Below, in pieces: positions 1 to 13,520 of a DNA stretch of 64,000 nt; position 1 is the stretch's first letter, and each line of letters begins with the position of its first letter. The position numbers were made by a program, and so were the translations under genes. Source of the stretch: Phallusia mammillata (taxonomy: Eukaryota). The stretch covers positions 8,060,001 through 8,124,000 of the forward strand of contig OZ281500.1 in NCBI GenBank assembly GCA_965637545.1, written 5' to 3'. The notes beneath the pieces were generated by a model. The model was not told where the DNA came from, searched no databases, and was given only the letters and a program-made list of their open reading frames with translations.

Positions 1-2
1 AC

Positions 3-3000
3 CTTGTCCGTAGGGGTGCGGTTCAGTGATGGATGGGTTGCCTTGGTAGAACTGATGTTGGGGTGAGGGCCCGGTCCTGGGGCTATAACCCTGTGCGGTG
101 GGGGTCGTGGGACCCTGCGGGAGGTGAATGGTTGGGTGTGGCAGTGTGTCCCCCGGCTTGTTAAAGTGTCCCGGCATGTTCGGGGTCCCGTTGTATGGTC
201 CTTGGCCCATCGGCTGTGCATGAAAGACATTGTCAAGTGGTGCTCGACGAAAGAAATCGGTTGCGTAACGTTTATTGCTGAAAGGTTCTGTTACACGCTT
301 TGCTGTTATTGCTTTGACCTTTATTCCGTGAGAAACAAGTTAACTCGAAATAAGAAAGTTGACGAAACAAATAGTTCTTATACAGTGCCCCGAAAAATGG
401 GATTAACTGAGCACGTTTGCATCTCATTTCTCATGCTTTTTCAAAGTCAAAATCAGAGGGCAAAAAAGCGAATCAAACCTGTTGTGGACGACATGATTGC
501 TTGTACATATCATTGTTGCACATTGACCCGTTAAGGCTAGCGGTCCGTGGCGAGGTCATTCCACCGCCCATTTGATAAGGAGCGGAAGAGGGCGGACCCC
601 GTCCGTAATGAGGGGTCATCTGGGGTCTCGTCCGGTTCGACTGGGACATAACGGGATACCCCATGCCATGTTGTTGGTTGGGAGAGTAATGTTGCCCAGG
701 GTGGTGCGAGACGTTTTGGTGCATATGATAGTTGGGGCCATGATGACCTCCCGGACCGTTTTGCATCTAAAAACAAGAAATTTGAATAATGAATGAATTG
801 ATGTGTACACACAATTTTGTGTCAACAAGTTTCATACAAGGTTAAATGTAAAAAGATTAAACGGGTAACCCAATCGAGCTCCCACAGATTTGTGCTACAC
901 CAATGAAAGGTCTTTTATGCGCTAAAGCAAATTCTCATTACATGTAATATAAATTCAAAAACAGGGATCAGACATAGTGTAATCAAAATACAAAACACAT
1001 AGTAATATCATTCATTATACTTTCATTTCGCACTACGCAAAGCAACCTATACATTGGCAGGTAAACATGATGATGAAACAACAAACGCTCAATACAAGGA
1101 CGGATATCAACTGCAACGTGAGCACGATCACAGGGCCGACAATTCTGCGATCACACCAAGTGGGATAATGGATTGTCCCGGGCGTAGTCCTCTGTCAAAA
1201 CAACACAAAGCGCGCGCATTCCAACCCTGATCCCATCTCCGGGTTGTTTGGCAGCGGGTGCTCCCACGATGCAAGGACTCAGGTGGTAAGGCGCCATTTT
1301 GTCGCGCACGAAATCGTAGAGCAAACTGTATGATCGCTTATCATTCCCGAATCAATAACGAACCTGTCATAGAGGGAATATCACCCAGCTAACTCACATG
1401 ATTGACTGGTAGGCACTGTTTTCTGTTCATTCATACGAGAGCTTTGGCTAAATCTTATAGGCAACCGCGAACGCTTCCGATCAAGGCAAAAGAGATTACA
1501 TTAATATTTTACCACGGGAGAGATTCGCCACTCGTCGATTAAAAACCGAAACCAGCACGTCCCGAGAAAAAGGTAACACGCTAAATTTCCAAACGAAAGA
1601 TATGTCATCTTACAAAACGGTGGATTTTTCAGTGTCCCCCTTTTCCAATTACAAACTAAACGTTTATGTTAAACCACGTAATTGGACTTTAAAAGCTTTT
1701 TTAAAGACAGTGACGACCCGATGGAATGTGTACATAGGGTTTATTATGTATTGCGTAAATTACTGCCTTGCTTTTATATAAAAAAAGAGCAATATAAAGC
1801 ACCGTCGAAGACTTTCTTTAATTCATAACCAGGGCTAATCTATAATGCCCCATTGCAAAGATCTGCTGGTTGAAATTGCAAAACGCCGTTTGCACGAAAT
1901 GCAACATATCCCTTTCTGGACATTTGCAGGGACAAATTTAAAGTGAAATAGTGTAAAGAACATTAAACGAAAACAGTATGTCTGTAGAAGACCAAATTCT
2001 GCAAAGAAGATTTAACTTATCTTCAAAAAATGGGCCCCATACTTTGCAAACGTGAAAATTACAGCAAGCATCAAACAAAAACCGACAATCGAACAACTGC
2101 AGCAAAGGGCGCGGCGCCGGGTCCATACATAATTACCTCGTGCCTTTTGGTATTTGCGACGTTCTGAATACACCACAATATCCTGCCGTCGATACACGAT
2201 GGTAATTGCAGCCGCCGATCCGGCAATTAGCCTGTCACCTTGGGCCAACCAGCACTAAATCGAAAAAATGCACCACAGTGATGATGGATTTGGCCCCACC
2301 CATATAATTTTCGCTTAGGATGAAGTCGGTGAAGCGCAACGGTTGCAGGTTTGGTAACCTTAACTGTGCCGCCCGAAACCGAAATAGTAACATTAGGCAT
2401 CATATCTCCCACATTAAAACAAGACAAGCTCTCAAAATGCGGCACAAAGCGCCTGTCAGATCGCAACAGTCAGTTAACTGCTTCGGTAGCAAGAATAAAC
2501 GAAGGGATTCTATTGATTTAAGGGATCTGGCGAAGATTAATTGTCGTTCAAGTTGTGCTGGCGCTCGAAAGGTTAAGAGAGGCACATCATGCATTATGCA
2601 CAAGGTCAGTGTGAACGGCATCCAACCGTACAATAATTGCAGGACTTGCGTGCAACCAAACAACACGAACACCGCCACACACCGAGGCCTGTTGGCATAA
2701 ACGACTCCTTCGAGACAAGATCACAGGTTGTGACGCGTGGGCTGTGACAAGATTTACCTTGTTGCGGACGTTATCTGCCTCAAATTACGCCAAGTGCGTT
2801 ACAACCGATGTACAAGAATTAGGAAACGTTGTCAAAGCAAGTACCAGGCCAAGCGACCGTCTCTCCCTGGCCAGACGTTGAGCTCTTGATGTGGTGAGCC
2901 AGGGAATATTTTCCTGACATCACATCATCGCCGTGTTACATCACTGTGGTGTGTTTATTTTGCTTGTGTTCGCCGACGCCAAACCGTAAATGGAGATCTG

Positions 3001-6000
3001 GATGTATCTGGGAATTGGCGCGAACTTCGGAGGCTCAATAAATCACGAATACCAGCAATCGGCTTGGGAAACGCATGAACTTGCATTCCGCGGATGTAGC
3101 ACCCTGATCGGCTTCAGCAAATCTGCCAAACCGCATCCAATTTGTCTTCGTTGGGCAGATCATGTTGCAGAAATATAACATAGGTGTAGTGCGGGCACGG
3201 GCGTTTTGGATGTATGAGCATATAAGCCCGTGTCTGTCGTCGCAGTGGGTGCCGAAATCAGCACGGTAACTTGACGGCCATCGAAAGTTGCTCGCGGTAT
3301 GCACCTATGTTTGTTTAGCAGATACAACGCTGCCGCACCTGCGAAACGCACGCCCTGTTCCCGCCGGACCAAAATAAATAGCACTCCGCGGCAAGGCCTG
3401 ATGCTTTCAGGGTGGTGGCGTCACGAACACGGTTGGAGCAACAAACAAACTGGCGACGATGTTGACGTAATAACATGTTGACGTAATAGCTTGCCCGCGA
3501 ATGCGGTGTGAATGGCAATTAAACTACACTCCCAAGGAGATTCGGGCTCCTTGTCCTAACCTGACTTAGATAGAGATCTTTTGAAAAGGCCGAATGATAA
3601 AGATGACAAAATCTTAATGATGATTATTGGTTAGATTGAAAATTGTGAACATCGCCTAAGCTAAAATCTTTGCATGTTTTGAAATGTAACGGCAGCAAAG
3701 CACAAAACAGATCATACATTAGCAAGAAAACTGATAAAAAAACATATTTGAGTTCTTGAATACGCCGTGTTCGATCAGGCAAAACAATCGCTCCATTATT
3801 TCGTCTGGAAGCTCAATCTGAAGAGTTCGCAGTTCTGCCGCCGAATGACGCATATCGGTGCTCGAAATTGTTGCCAAACAAAACAAAAAATGTGCATCCT
3901 GGGACATTAGCCGCCTTCCAGCAGGTCGCCGAACAAAACGTGGAACATACCAACAAGATTTTAACCTGCTGGGCACTCATCAGGCCAACGAATGAGTGTA
4001 AATGATCGGCAACAAGATGGCCTTGGGCATCAAGCCACGTTAAATCGTCTGTAATGTGGACTGTTTTGCCGCGACACGCCCGATGGAACATTATCAAGCC
4101 TGCATTAGGCAGCTTAGTACTGGTTTCTATGCTTTGCTACATGTTAGTTATCAACACAGACCTAAATTAGTTTGATGGTCGTTGACCCGCGCTGGAGCTA
4201 TAGGCAAACATATGAAAATCGTCCAAGCTGTGTAGACATTCCGTCTGTCACCGCTTTTCGCACCAAACAAGTTTAACGGCCACAAATTAAATCTAAGTCG
4301 ACCGTCTCGCTCCATGTCTTCTATGTACCATTATCGAAAAGAATGGCGGCGGCAATCTTTAAATAGACCCAAATTAAAATCAGTCAACAGAAATTATCGC
4401 ACGGAAGCGGAGCGGTTGGGTCACCAGAGTAAAAGTTCTGTTTCCTGTCACCAAGCTTGACACGCAACTCCCTGAAGCGCGAAGACGAAACGCAGACACA
4501 GACATTCGACCAGAAGCAATTTCCAGCAATATGTGTGGCAAAATCGAGAAACATAAAAACTTCTCTGTGCCGTGTGGCCAAGTGACAGGGAATGGATTAG
4601 AACTTACCCCATCGTAGGAAGGTACTTGGCCGTGGTCTTGCTCTTTCAGAAACGCTGTTGCTGTCGCAGTCGCCGTGGCTGCTGCGGCTGCAGCTGCTGC
4701 AGCGGCCGCGGCTGCCGCTGCTGCCGGAGGATGGTGGTTCTAAAAGTTACAGAAATTTTAACTTTAACCATACGACTAAGAACAATCCATCTGGAACAAA
4801 TTTCAATGTTAACCATCAAGTATAAAGGTCAACCGAAAGTCTTTGTACAAAGCTGTGTGAAAACATTATTACCTGCTCAGAGCCCATACGATGACCCGGG
4901 CCTCCCGTGTACCGCCCAGTCGGTCCCATTCCTCTGTGGTTTGGTGGGTACATGTTGTGGTGTTGATAGTTTCCTCCGGGTGACTTGGAATGCATACCGG
5001 GATATCCGTGGTTAAAGTTACCTCCCATCTGATCGCCTCCGTTGTGGCCAACATGCTGTTGAGCAAAGGTCGTGGAATTGACCGATTGACTGTGAACGGG
5101 GATTGGGGCAGTTTGTGTTGTTGAAACCCCCCACACCGTAGTGATAACAGACAAAGAAGGATGTTGATTCGGTGGACCTTGCTGGGAACCCTGGCTCCAA
5201 CTCCTGCAAATGTGTTTTAGTATAAATACAAAGTTTGCAGGTGTTTTGAACAAGGACGCCCGTACCTTTGAGCCATGTGTGGTTGAGGATATTGCATTTT
5301 TTGACTCATAATGTCCCCACCCATGGTGTTCTGGTTGGGAACAGGCATTGATGGGATGTTGTTTGGTTTGATTGCTTCATGTTGCAATGTCATAATCTTT
5401 TTCACACTGTGCAGCCACATTGTCAGCATCGCTGTAATGTAAACATTATTTGTTAACAAGGGGTCCTAAATTGACCCACAGTAACTTTTCCAATGTTTAA
5501 AACGCATATAATCCCATGCAATTGCCGTGAAACAGGTAGTGTACTGGACGAACATTTTTGGCAGTCTTTTAATTCGCCCATCGCGGTTTTGATCTTACAT
5601 TTAAGGCAAACTGCAGATTTCTATCACACATTCAGCGGTATTTAGCATTGAGAATTTCTTTGGCAAACCTTTATTTTCACATTTGTTCAAGTAATCATCA
5701 AGATCACAAAGTGCAACGCGATTTTGATTATGTGACACGAGTCTAGGCAATGACGTGCATTTTAAAGATTGCTTTCATCTTCAACGGCGAAAAGGCAACT
5801 GGAAAGAAGTTGTTTGCATTACACACTGGCAACAAGTTAACTCAGGTTGCCGGAGGCGCGTCCGAAACGCAGCACTGCCTGCGATTGTCCGATATTTACA
5901 TTAACCCAGCCGCGAGTCTGTCTTATCGCGCACTTGATCGGCGCTGTGAGATTTTGAAGTCAGAATTCGACGTGACAAGCCCTGAACGCGCGATACTCGC

Positions 6001-9000
6001 CCAGATAAAGTGATTTAATTTCGCGACGAGCAAGCATGTGCCTGGTATAACGATCATGGGCCGATATCGATTATTAAGTCGCTCGATATTCCTACCACTG
6101 TATTGCGTTTTTCGCGCATTATTAAGCAATGACACGAAAACCTTAACACGGCGCATTTCAATTTCCGTGTGTCTGCTTGACACCAGACGACACACAACAC
6201 TCTGTCTCGTTCTTAAAAGCGAATAGAAGTAAAACGTTTTCATTGTTTACACAGCAATGTTACCTAAGCAAGACATATCAAGCTGGAGTCTTTGTACTCA
6301 GCCGTCTATGGGAAACAAAATTTGAGAATTTAGGGGCTGTGAGAGGCATTAGCCGGATTACTTTGGGTAAATGCCACAAATTGGACAAAATTACGTGGGT
6401 GACAGAGCATTTGCGGGTGTGCGATTGTATCTGCGTGTCCAAGGTGCGTCACGCCACTCGGAGAAGTTGGACTCAATCGGTAGTTTTCCGAGATAACACG
6501 GTCTATCAAATTAGTTAAGAGAGGTCGCACCTGTTTTTGCATGGTTAAATGATGCACGCGAATTACAGTTTGTTTTTCTTGTCTGATATACAAAATAAGT
6601 AAATATTTATAAACTTTTTCCTTTTTATTCTCTGTTTTTAAATCAAATGTAGCGACCTATGGTGGAAAGATGCGATTTTTGTCACATGGTACTTGTTTGA
6701 CAACCGTACACCATATTAAAAAGCAAAACTAAACAAATCAGATTAATGATTCGGATAACTTGTTAAACGCCCATTTCCAGGTGCGCTGTACCACCGGTGA
6801 TATTTTTCGCTAGATATTACGCGCAACCGGCACCAGGCTCTTTTACGTGTTTTACCGCTCATATTACACTTAATGCACGCCGAAAGCAAATTGCGCAACG
6901 GTTTTGTTTATTTATCTTGCGGCCTGCGACGCCCGTCGATTACGAACATCGTGTTTCTTGGCTGACCTACGAACGACTAATATGGTAACTGGCACTGAGA
7001 CTGGTAACATACGGCTCTGAATACCAGATGAATTCATGCGCTGGTTAAATCAATAGGTAAAATCCATATGGCGATGTGCGGGAGTGCCAGAACGCCTGTC
7101 AGCATTGTTTAAAGGTCGTCTGGAGAAACGATCGCATTCAAACGCGTTGCATTATTAATGGAAGACACCAGTCGTGGCAAACACTAACGTGCCCGTAACA
7201 AACATGTATATCCCGATTGTGCATGCGCTTCCATACGGTACCAACTTACAAAAAACGGCTGCTTACCTGACGAGTTGTGTGGAAACCTGTCTCTGTGATC
7301 ATTGCAAAGAACGAGCAGGCGGTAACAGAGCTGCAGATCATAACCTGGTTTTCCTGCAACTTCATTGACGACCTGGGAACAAACAAAAATCACTTGTCAC
7401 TCTCTTTCATTTCACTTAATTCGGGCAGTGCCTTGTACGAATTTACGAGTTGCTAAATGCGCATAACAGCTAACCAGACTGAGGCCTCCCCAGCGGAATA
7501 AACACAATCGCAAGTTTCATATATGTTTGCTCTGGGGAGATTACTATGAAGACACGGTATTGTAAAAAAGTAGTGTCAGACAAGGACACTTTTTCAATGC
7601 AAATCTGACATTGACCTTGGCCGCATTGTCATGTCTCATCGTTGGTGGTCTTGTGGAATGTGACATTCAATTATTGAAAGGTATAAGAAATTATATGTGA
7701 CTGCCTAAAATAAAACTACAAAAATATAACAGATTCATGATACATTTATGCAACGAAGTTTGTCCTGTTCTATAGATGATGGGTTATCCAACCAAACGAT
7801 AGGTTAAAGTTTTAAACAAAGCACAGCCGTTGATGAATGGAAGGAGATGGATTTCCGATTTCCACTTATTAAAAAACCATATGCGACTAGATGGACGTTG
7901 TTTGCGAAAAAAATTCTTATGCTAGTGTGAGATTTTGCACAAGGCTTTTCCTTTAGGCAAGAAGTAGTTGAAGCAAGCCGCAAAACGGAAACTTGAAATA
8001 TTTTGCGGAATTCTTGTCATATATTGTATTTACGCTTAGGTTTTGAAAGCAAATATTCCAAGAAAAACACTCTAAACCCAATTAATTCACATCAAATAAG
8101 CGTTAAACGCCACAGCACGTCTTCAACAGCTTGAAAAATCGAATCCAAACGCCTGAGTGCCAAGCAAACGACTTAACGAGCGGAAACACACTTATGAATT
8201 TCATCGATGAATCCCTAATTACCGTGGCGCAGGGAAATAAAAGCGAGTGACCTCGCGAAGGCAAGTCCATCTGGCCAGCGATCGATTAAAGCAAGTAGCC
8301 ACGCATCACGATGGGCTTGCGATCATCCTTCCAAACGCCCCTACTACCTCCATGCTGTTGAAATTAGCAGAAGTCAGTAACTGGTGACGAGCGGCGGCGC
8401 GGGCTGAAGCACAAAATCGATTTGGCAAATCTTAATTATTAATGACCAGTGCAAGGTTGAGGGCAAACGCCGTTGTTTTCGCGTGAAGCGACCTGTTGTT
8501 GCGACGAGAAAACGATTCACCAGCTCAATCGATCGGCGTTCGTAGCATTGTATTTCGTTTATATATTAACGGCTATGGCATTAAAATTACTGACTATGCC
8601 CGGGTGTTGTTTGAGAACATGGATAACACACGGTTTAAGTCCTCATAAAAATCAAACCTGCGTGAGCCCGGGAAGATATATTATTTAACGCAGATTTAAT
8701 TGTCAATTGCGGCGCCGAGATTTTGCAGAACGCCTCGTTAAAGACAAGTCCTCATTCGACACTAATGCACACTCGACTGACATATCGGGTTGAACGCGAT
8801 CGCGGTTAAACCGGAAAAGTGACCATTGTCTGGTACGGGTCAATTGAATCTCCTCATGCGTAAAAGCGTGGCCCGTCTTCTGTAAACTGACAATGAGCGG
8901 TTAGTTGGCAGTAGACCATGCCCGTCACCTTCCAATACAACTATGTACCAACAGCAGAGTTCATGTGGCAGCAGGTGCGCCATTTGCCAGGAAAATAAGT

Positions 9001-12000
9001 TTTAACCCGTAGACCGTAAAAGCGGTGGCCGCGGACGTAATGAAACTTGATCCGGGAGTGTCGTCAGCAGAGATTTTCTAACGACGCGAGAGCAAGGTAT
9101 TAAAAAGTGCTGATTAAGGAGATGGCACATTACCAGCCGGCTCTTTTAGAACCGGTCTAGCGCTATCGACTTTATAAAAGTCGGCCACAAGCCTACATGA
9201 CTGAAATTCTCCGCGAAATTAAGGTAACATGATCCCGCAACCGGCTTGTTGCACGCATGCAGGGCTATAGCGCAACCAAGTACCGCGTTTCATTTTTGGG
9301 GTTAAGTGCCAGTAATCACAGAATCCATTAACAGGCTGGTGGGCGATAGCAATTCGGACGATTAATTAAAACCCTTTCACTGGGCCAGGAGAAATGTCAT
9401 ATCACGGATACGCATTTTGATTCTTTATGGGCATCCACTAACACCAGATTTGCATTTAATTGCAATAGGCTTCTGTACGACGCATGTGTCAGATTCGCTT
9501 TGTGAACAAAAGTTGTGACGTAACAGGCCTGTGCAACTAATACCAGTGATCCGATGCGTGTGAACGAAAGGCTCCGGCCGTCTGTCAGTGCACAACGGAG
9601 CGGCAGTTTCTAACAAAGTAACACTTACAGCTAGACCGATCTTCCAGATAAACTTGCTAGATGTGAACATGTCGTAACCTAATATCGTTCAATTTAGATT
9701 GTCTGAGAAAAAGTCTAAAAAACAGGAAACATGCCCAGCGAGCTGTCTGTTGCATGCTTAGAGCGTCGCGCCGTGTCCATCGTTCACATATCGAGTGTAG
9801 CAACTGCGTTTTATTCCCGCTGTGTGCGAGTAATGCTATTTACACCGTTCCAAACCAATGCACAAAACTAACCACAGTGCAGTGAGTCTGCCCCCCTGCA
9901 GGCGCCCGTCAACTTTCATTGACAGCTACCTAGGATTTTCACGGACGGATTAATATTTACTGATTAAAGCGGACAATAAAAGTTGTGTTGTCTTAAACGA
10001 CGGTAGCACAGATTGGGCATTTGTATCTTTCTGTAAAGTTTTTGGATGTGACAAACTGATGTCATTACGCAACTGAGAAAGATCTTGACACTAGAGGCAA
10101 ATAGCATTTGTTTACACTGCCCTACGTAATCCTACATCAGATTGTCACGTGCACGTTATCAGCTACGTCATAGATAGAGAGTAAAAACTTCATAACTTAT
10201 CTCATCAAAAAACATCACCATCAAAACGTGGTTCGCAACAGACTGCAAGCAATCGGGATAATCCAGCCTGGTAAACAACTTTCCCAGCGACAAATTCCAA
10301 AAAAACAAAGCAAATGGAAAAACAACCCCGGTGACATTGTTATTTTCGCGAAGCACAAGACCCAAGTGTGATGGTGATATTAGCTTTGGGTCACCCCTGC
10401 GCACTGAAAAATCGATTTGCGTGATCAAATTAACCACTGTAGCCCGGGAAACGAAATTTGCTGAGCGTTGTCAAATAAAGACTTCCGCACTGCTATCGCA
10501 GAGCTCCCAGTTGATCCTTCAAATGATCGCTTTTCGAAACTTCGTATAGGGACGTACAAGGCAAATAGGCAGTCGGTTGTTTAAACTCTCCAACGCGAAA
10601 CGAAAGCAAGCGTGCGACTTGACACAACCATACGTTACCGTGCCGTTGTAAGTCGGGCGCGACGAGCGGATGTGGTCTTACTCGGTCCAGGGCGTTTCTA
10701 AAGCACTTTTACCTCCAAGACAGAATATAGTGCTGTATGTTTGTGCTTTCATTGCATCACGAGGATTCAGACAGACTGACATTGCTGCGCAGGTGAAATC
10801 CCCCACATTTTCAAATCAAGCTTCTTAATTTACTATCGCATTTAGTTGTTCGCAGTCAGCGATGCGCGAAATAGCGTGATGTGTAGACGACGATGGTGAT
10901 CGAAGTCGAAGTCATGTAACGTCATACTTGCGTCTTTGATCTGCGTCCGTCCAGGAATGTCGACAGCACAATAATCACGATATCGTCAACTCTCGAAGGC
11001 GTGCGGCGGAAATTCGCCCCGAAGCAGCTACATTTTCGCTCAGAACAGGGCAATAAGCCACCGACAGACAGGGGAGATTTGACGGGTGTCATTGGCTTGG
11101 GTCACGTTTCGAATTTCGTGCTGTTCGGTCACGGACCACCGGCAGGAGGCATGCCCCGGCGAGACGAGCCACGCGGCGACACCTTCCCCTGCCCCCTGTT
11201 GACGATGGGAAAGGCAGCGAGCAGCAAAGAAAATCGTTTGCCGGCGAGCAAGTGTGCCGACCGCATACAAGTATTACTGTAGCCGCGAGGTTGCGGTTCG
11301 ATAACCGTGTCGTTCAACTATAAGGGTTCGTCGTGATCGAGGACAGCTGAAAAAGGCGCCCTGGCAGCAAACAATGCGCAAAACTGCGATAAAGGCGGCG
11401 TTTTGTCTGTCTCGCGCTAACCGAGATACATATTTGTATTGGCCTTGCCGCGAGTCCGACCCCAAGTTTAACGAACGCGGCGAAGCGTAACTCACAGAAA
11501 CTGTTAGGATGCCACGACAAGGCACAGTGACTTTGGAAAGCAGAGTTGTGTTTATTTAACACCCGAGCCCAGTTCACGCCAAAGCGACTATTTGCTGAAC
11601 AGAACACAACTAAAACAATCACTTAGGCTTAACACAGCTTCAAACCACATTTCAACACCTAAAGCGGGTATACTATTACTGCTGCAGCAGTATCAATGTA
11701 AACAAAGTTATTTTGTGTTTGGTTAACTTAAGGCCATAAACAGTATTGACTACACAACGTAACAGCGGTCATATGATTACGAAATACTCTTTTTCGAACG
11801 ACGCTCCTTCGATGTTTCGCACTTTAACAAGCAATCTCACGACGGCCATTCTTTGTTCCGCTCCATTTGGCGTCTGATTGATTGCCTGGGATCGCGGGCG
11901 CCATTTCTCGTTGAAACTTAGCGCGTTTAATTGAGCACGTTGGACGACTTGAACTTGTGTGGCTGCGTAACATGGACGGGAGCGCTGACTACTTGGGTGT

Positions 12001-12657
12001 TCAGTTTGTAGCACATTGTTAATATGTCTGCCACTTTCGTTTTGACTCCTTGGAGTCAATTTCGTCCCATTTCCTCTCGTTGCATAACCTACTTTTCGTC
12101 TGCCACTAAAACCAATTTCTAATGGGACAGGGGTTCAACAATGTAACACACTGGGTAGGGCAAATACGTCTTACATCACTCAGTGTTAGAAAATCAATCG
12201 CACATTACTTCGTAATATTATTACATCATAAGTGAATGTACAGTTCAATGTTAAGCATTTTCAATGTTACAAGTAGGCTAAAGGGGAATCAACAGTTTGC
12301 TTCTAACTTACCGCAAGACATCCCATTAGAGACTGATGAAAGTGCGATTGAAATGCTCTTGCGTCCGAACACCAGTCCAAAAGTTCACGTGCAGACTTAA
12401 TAAACAACTGCGGGTCGCGCAAATGCTGAAAATGCAAAAACTTTCAGGTAAAATCAGCTCTGTGCTGGGAACAACATTAGACTTGAAAGCAAAATTTGAC
12501 TTACGTTCTGTATGCACTGAAGTCTATCAAGCGTTTGTCGCGTGTGTGGGTCGTGACTTAGGGGGTTCGGACCCCCCATCGGAGCGCCCATTGTTCCACC
12601 GACACCACCGCCCACAGGCAGTTGGCGCATGGCGTGGTTCACAGTTGTTGAGCTCAT
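3..12657 (-). CDS. ZMIZ1: Zinc finger MIZ domain-containing protein (ZMIZ1/ZMIZ2, tonalli orthologue); 5' portion, gene continues beyond the left edge
   Basis: Phase-consistent GT-AG exons: 12657-12505, 12425-12312, 7372-7267, 5431-5266, 5203-4873, 4739-4608, 766-479, 213-3 (~500 codons). The translation [84 protein letters not shown] matches the human ZMIZ1 N-terminus ([21 protein letters not shown]...[24 protein letters not shown]...GFDLDLGYRLL). [11 protein letters not shown] and the poly-Ala/TATATA tract are also present. The MIZ finger lies outside the window. Small extra exons between 767 and 4607 cannot be excluded. Confidence 0.93.
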
Positions 12658-13282
12658 CGGGGTTTAAAAAGGTTACAATCCAATAATCCGAGAGATTTTC
12701 TTGCTTCTTCGACTTGTTCGGAACTCAATGAACAGTCGAAGGTGGTGAGGACTCATCGGATAGCTTCGTCTGACCCCGTACAACCTCTGTGTACATCTGC
12801 TTCCTAGTTGCCGCTTTGTTATCACGTGCACTCGATAGTTGCGAAGAGAGTTGGTTTGTCAACAAACAATTAGCTCAACAACTTTGCGGCTAGACTTGAG
12901 GCTCTGTTTGAAGAGCCAATATCGTTCTTTTTCGGTTTGGGACTGTTCTTGCCACAAAACAATAAATAATCCAAGTTTAGCAACTATGATCTCTTTCAAA
13001 GTGGCGTTTTAATACAATGACCTAATCTGAAAAAATATCGTTCTAGTTAGATCGCTGCAAAATTATTGTAATTTCACTTTGCCTAAATCATATAATTACG
13101 ACATACAGCTAACAGCTAATATTCAGCTTCATTCTTCTCGATTACTCTCACATTTCGCGTAGTAACATTACAGCATTCATATCGATCAGTCCCCAGGAAC
13201 ACCCGGACGAGTTCTCGCTGCAGTGCTGTGTCTGTATCAACGCGCGGCAAGCTCCCGCACCCTCACGAGCAGGTTGCCTCAC

Positions 13283-13520
13283 GTTATAATGGGCGAAGAA
13301 TTCACTTAGCCCGTCGCTTTAGCGGAGACGCAAAACACAGAACAAATTTCGCTGCACATTCTCTCTTTTTCGCGATGATCCATCTTTAAATGCGCGACGG
13401 CGCTGGAGCATAAAGATAAAGAGATCGCCAGCGAGCGACAAGGAGGGAGCGACTGGGAGTGGGAGGAGTGAGAAACAGCAGCAACAGCGGCGGCGGTGTC
13501 GCACTCGTATTTCGTCAATG
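13283..13520 (-). other. Candidate non-coding 5' exon of ZMIZ with a 25-codon uORF
   Basis: A pyrimidine/GC-rich leader-like tract, ATG 13383 to TAA 13306 (MDHREKERMCSEICSVFCVSAKATG), and donor-like GTGAGG motifs at 13282 and 13266. Confidence 0.3.

Noticed and set aside
4572-5015. Cys/Arg-rich + strand ORF ([15 protein letters not shown])
   Set aside because: It is the antisense shadow of the ZMIZ poly-Ala exon.
3-5203. Gly/Pro/Gln/His-rich exons first looked like ARID1/osa
   Set aside because: The upstream exons match the ZMIZ N-terminal domain, and the SLSVxTTVWGV and Ala/Thr-Ala tracts are ZMIZ-specific.
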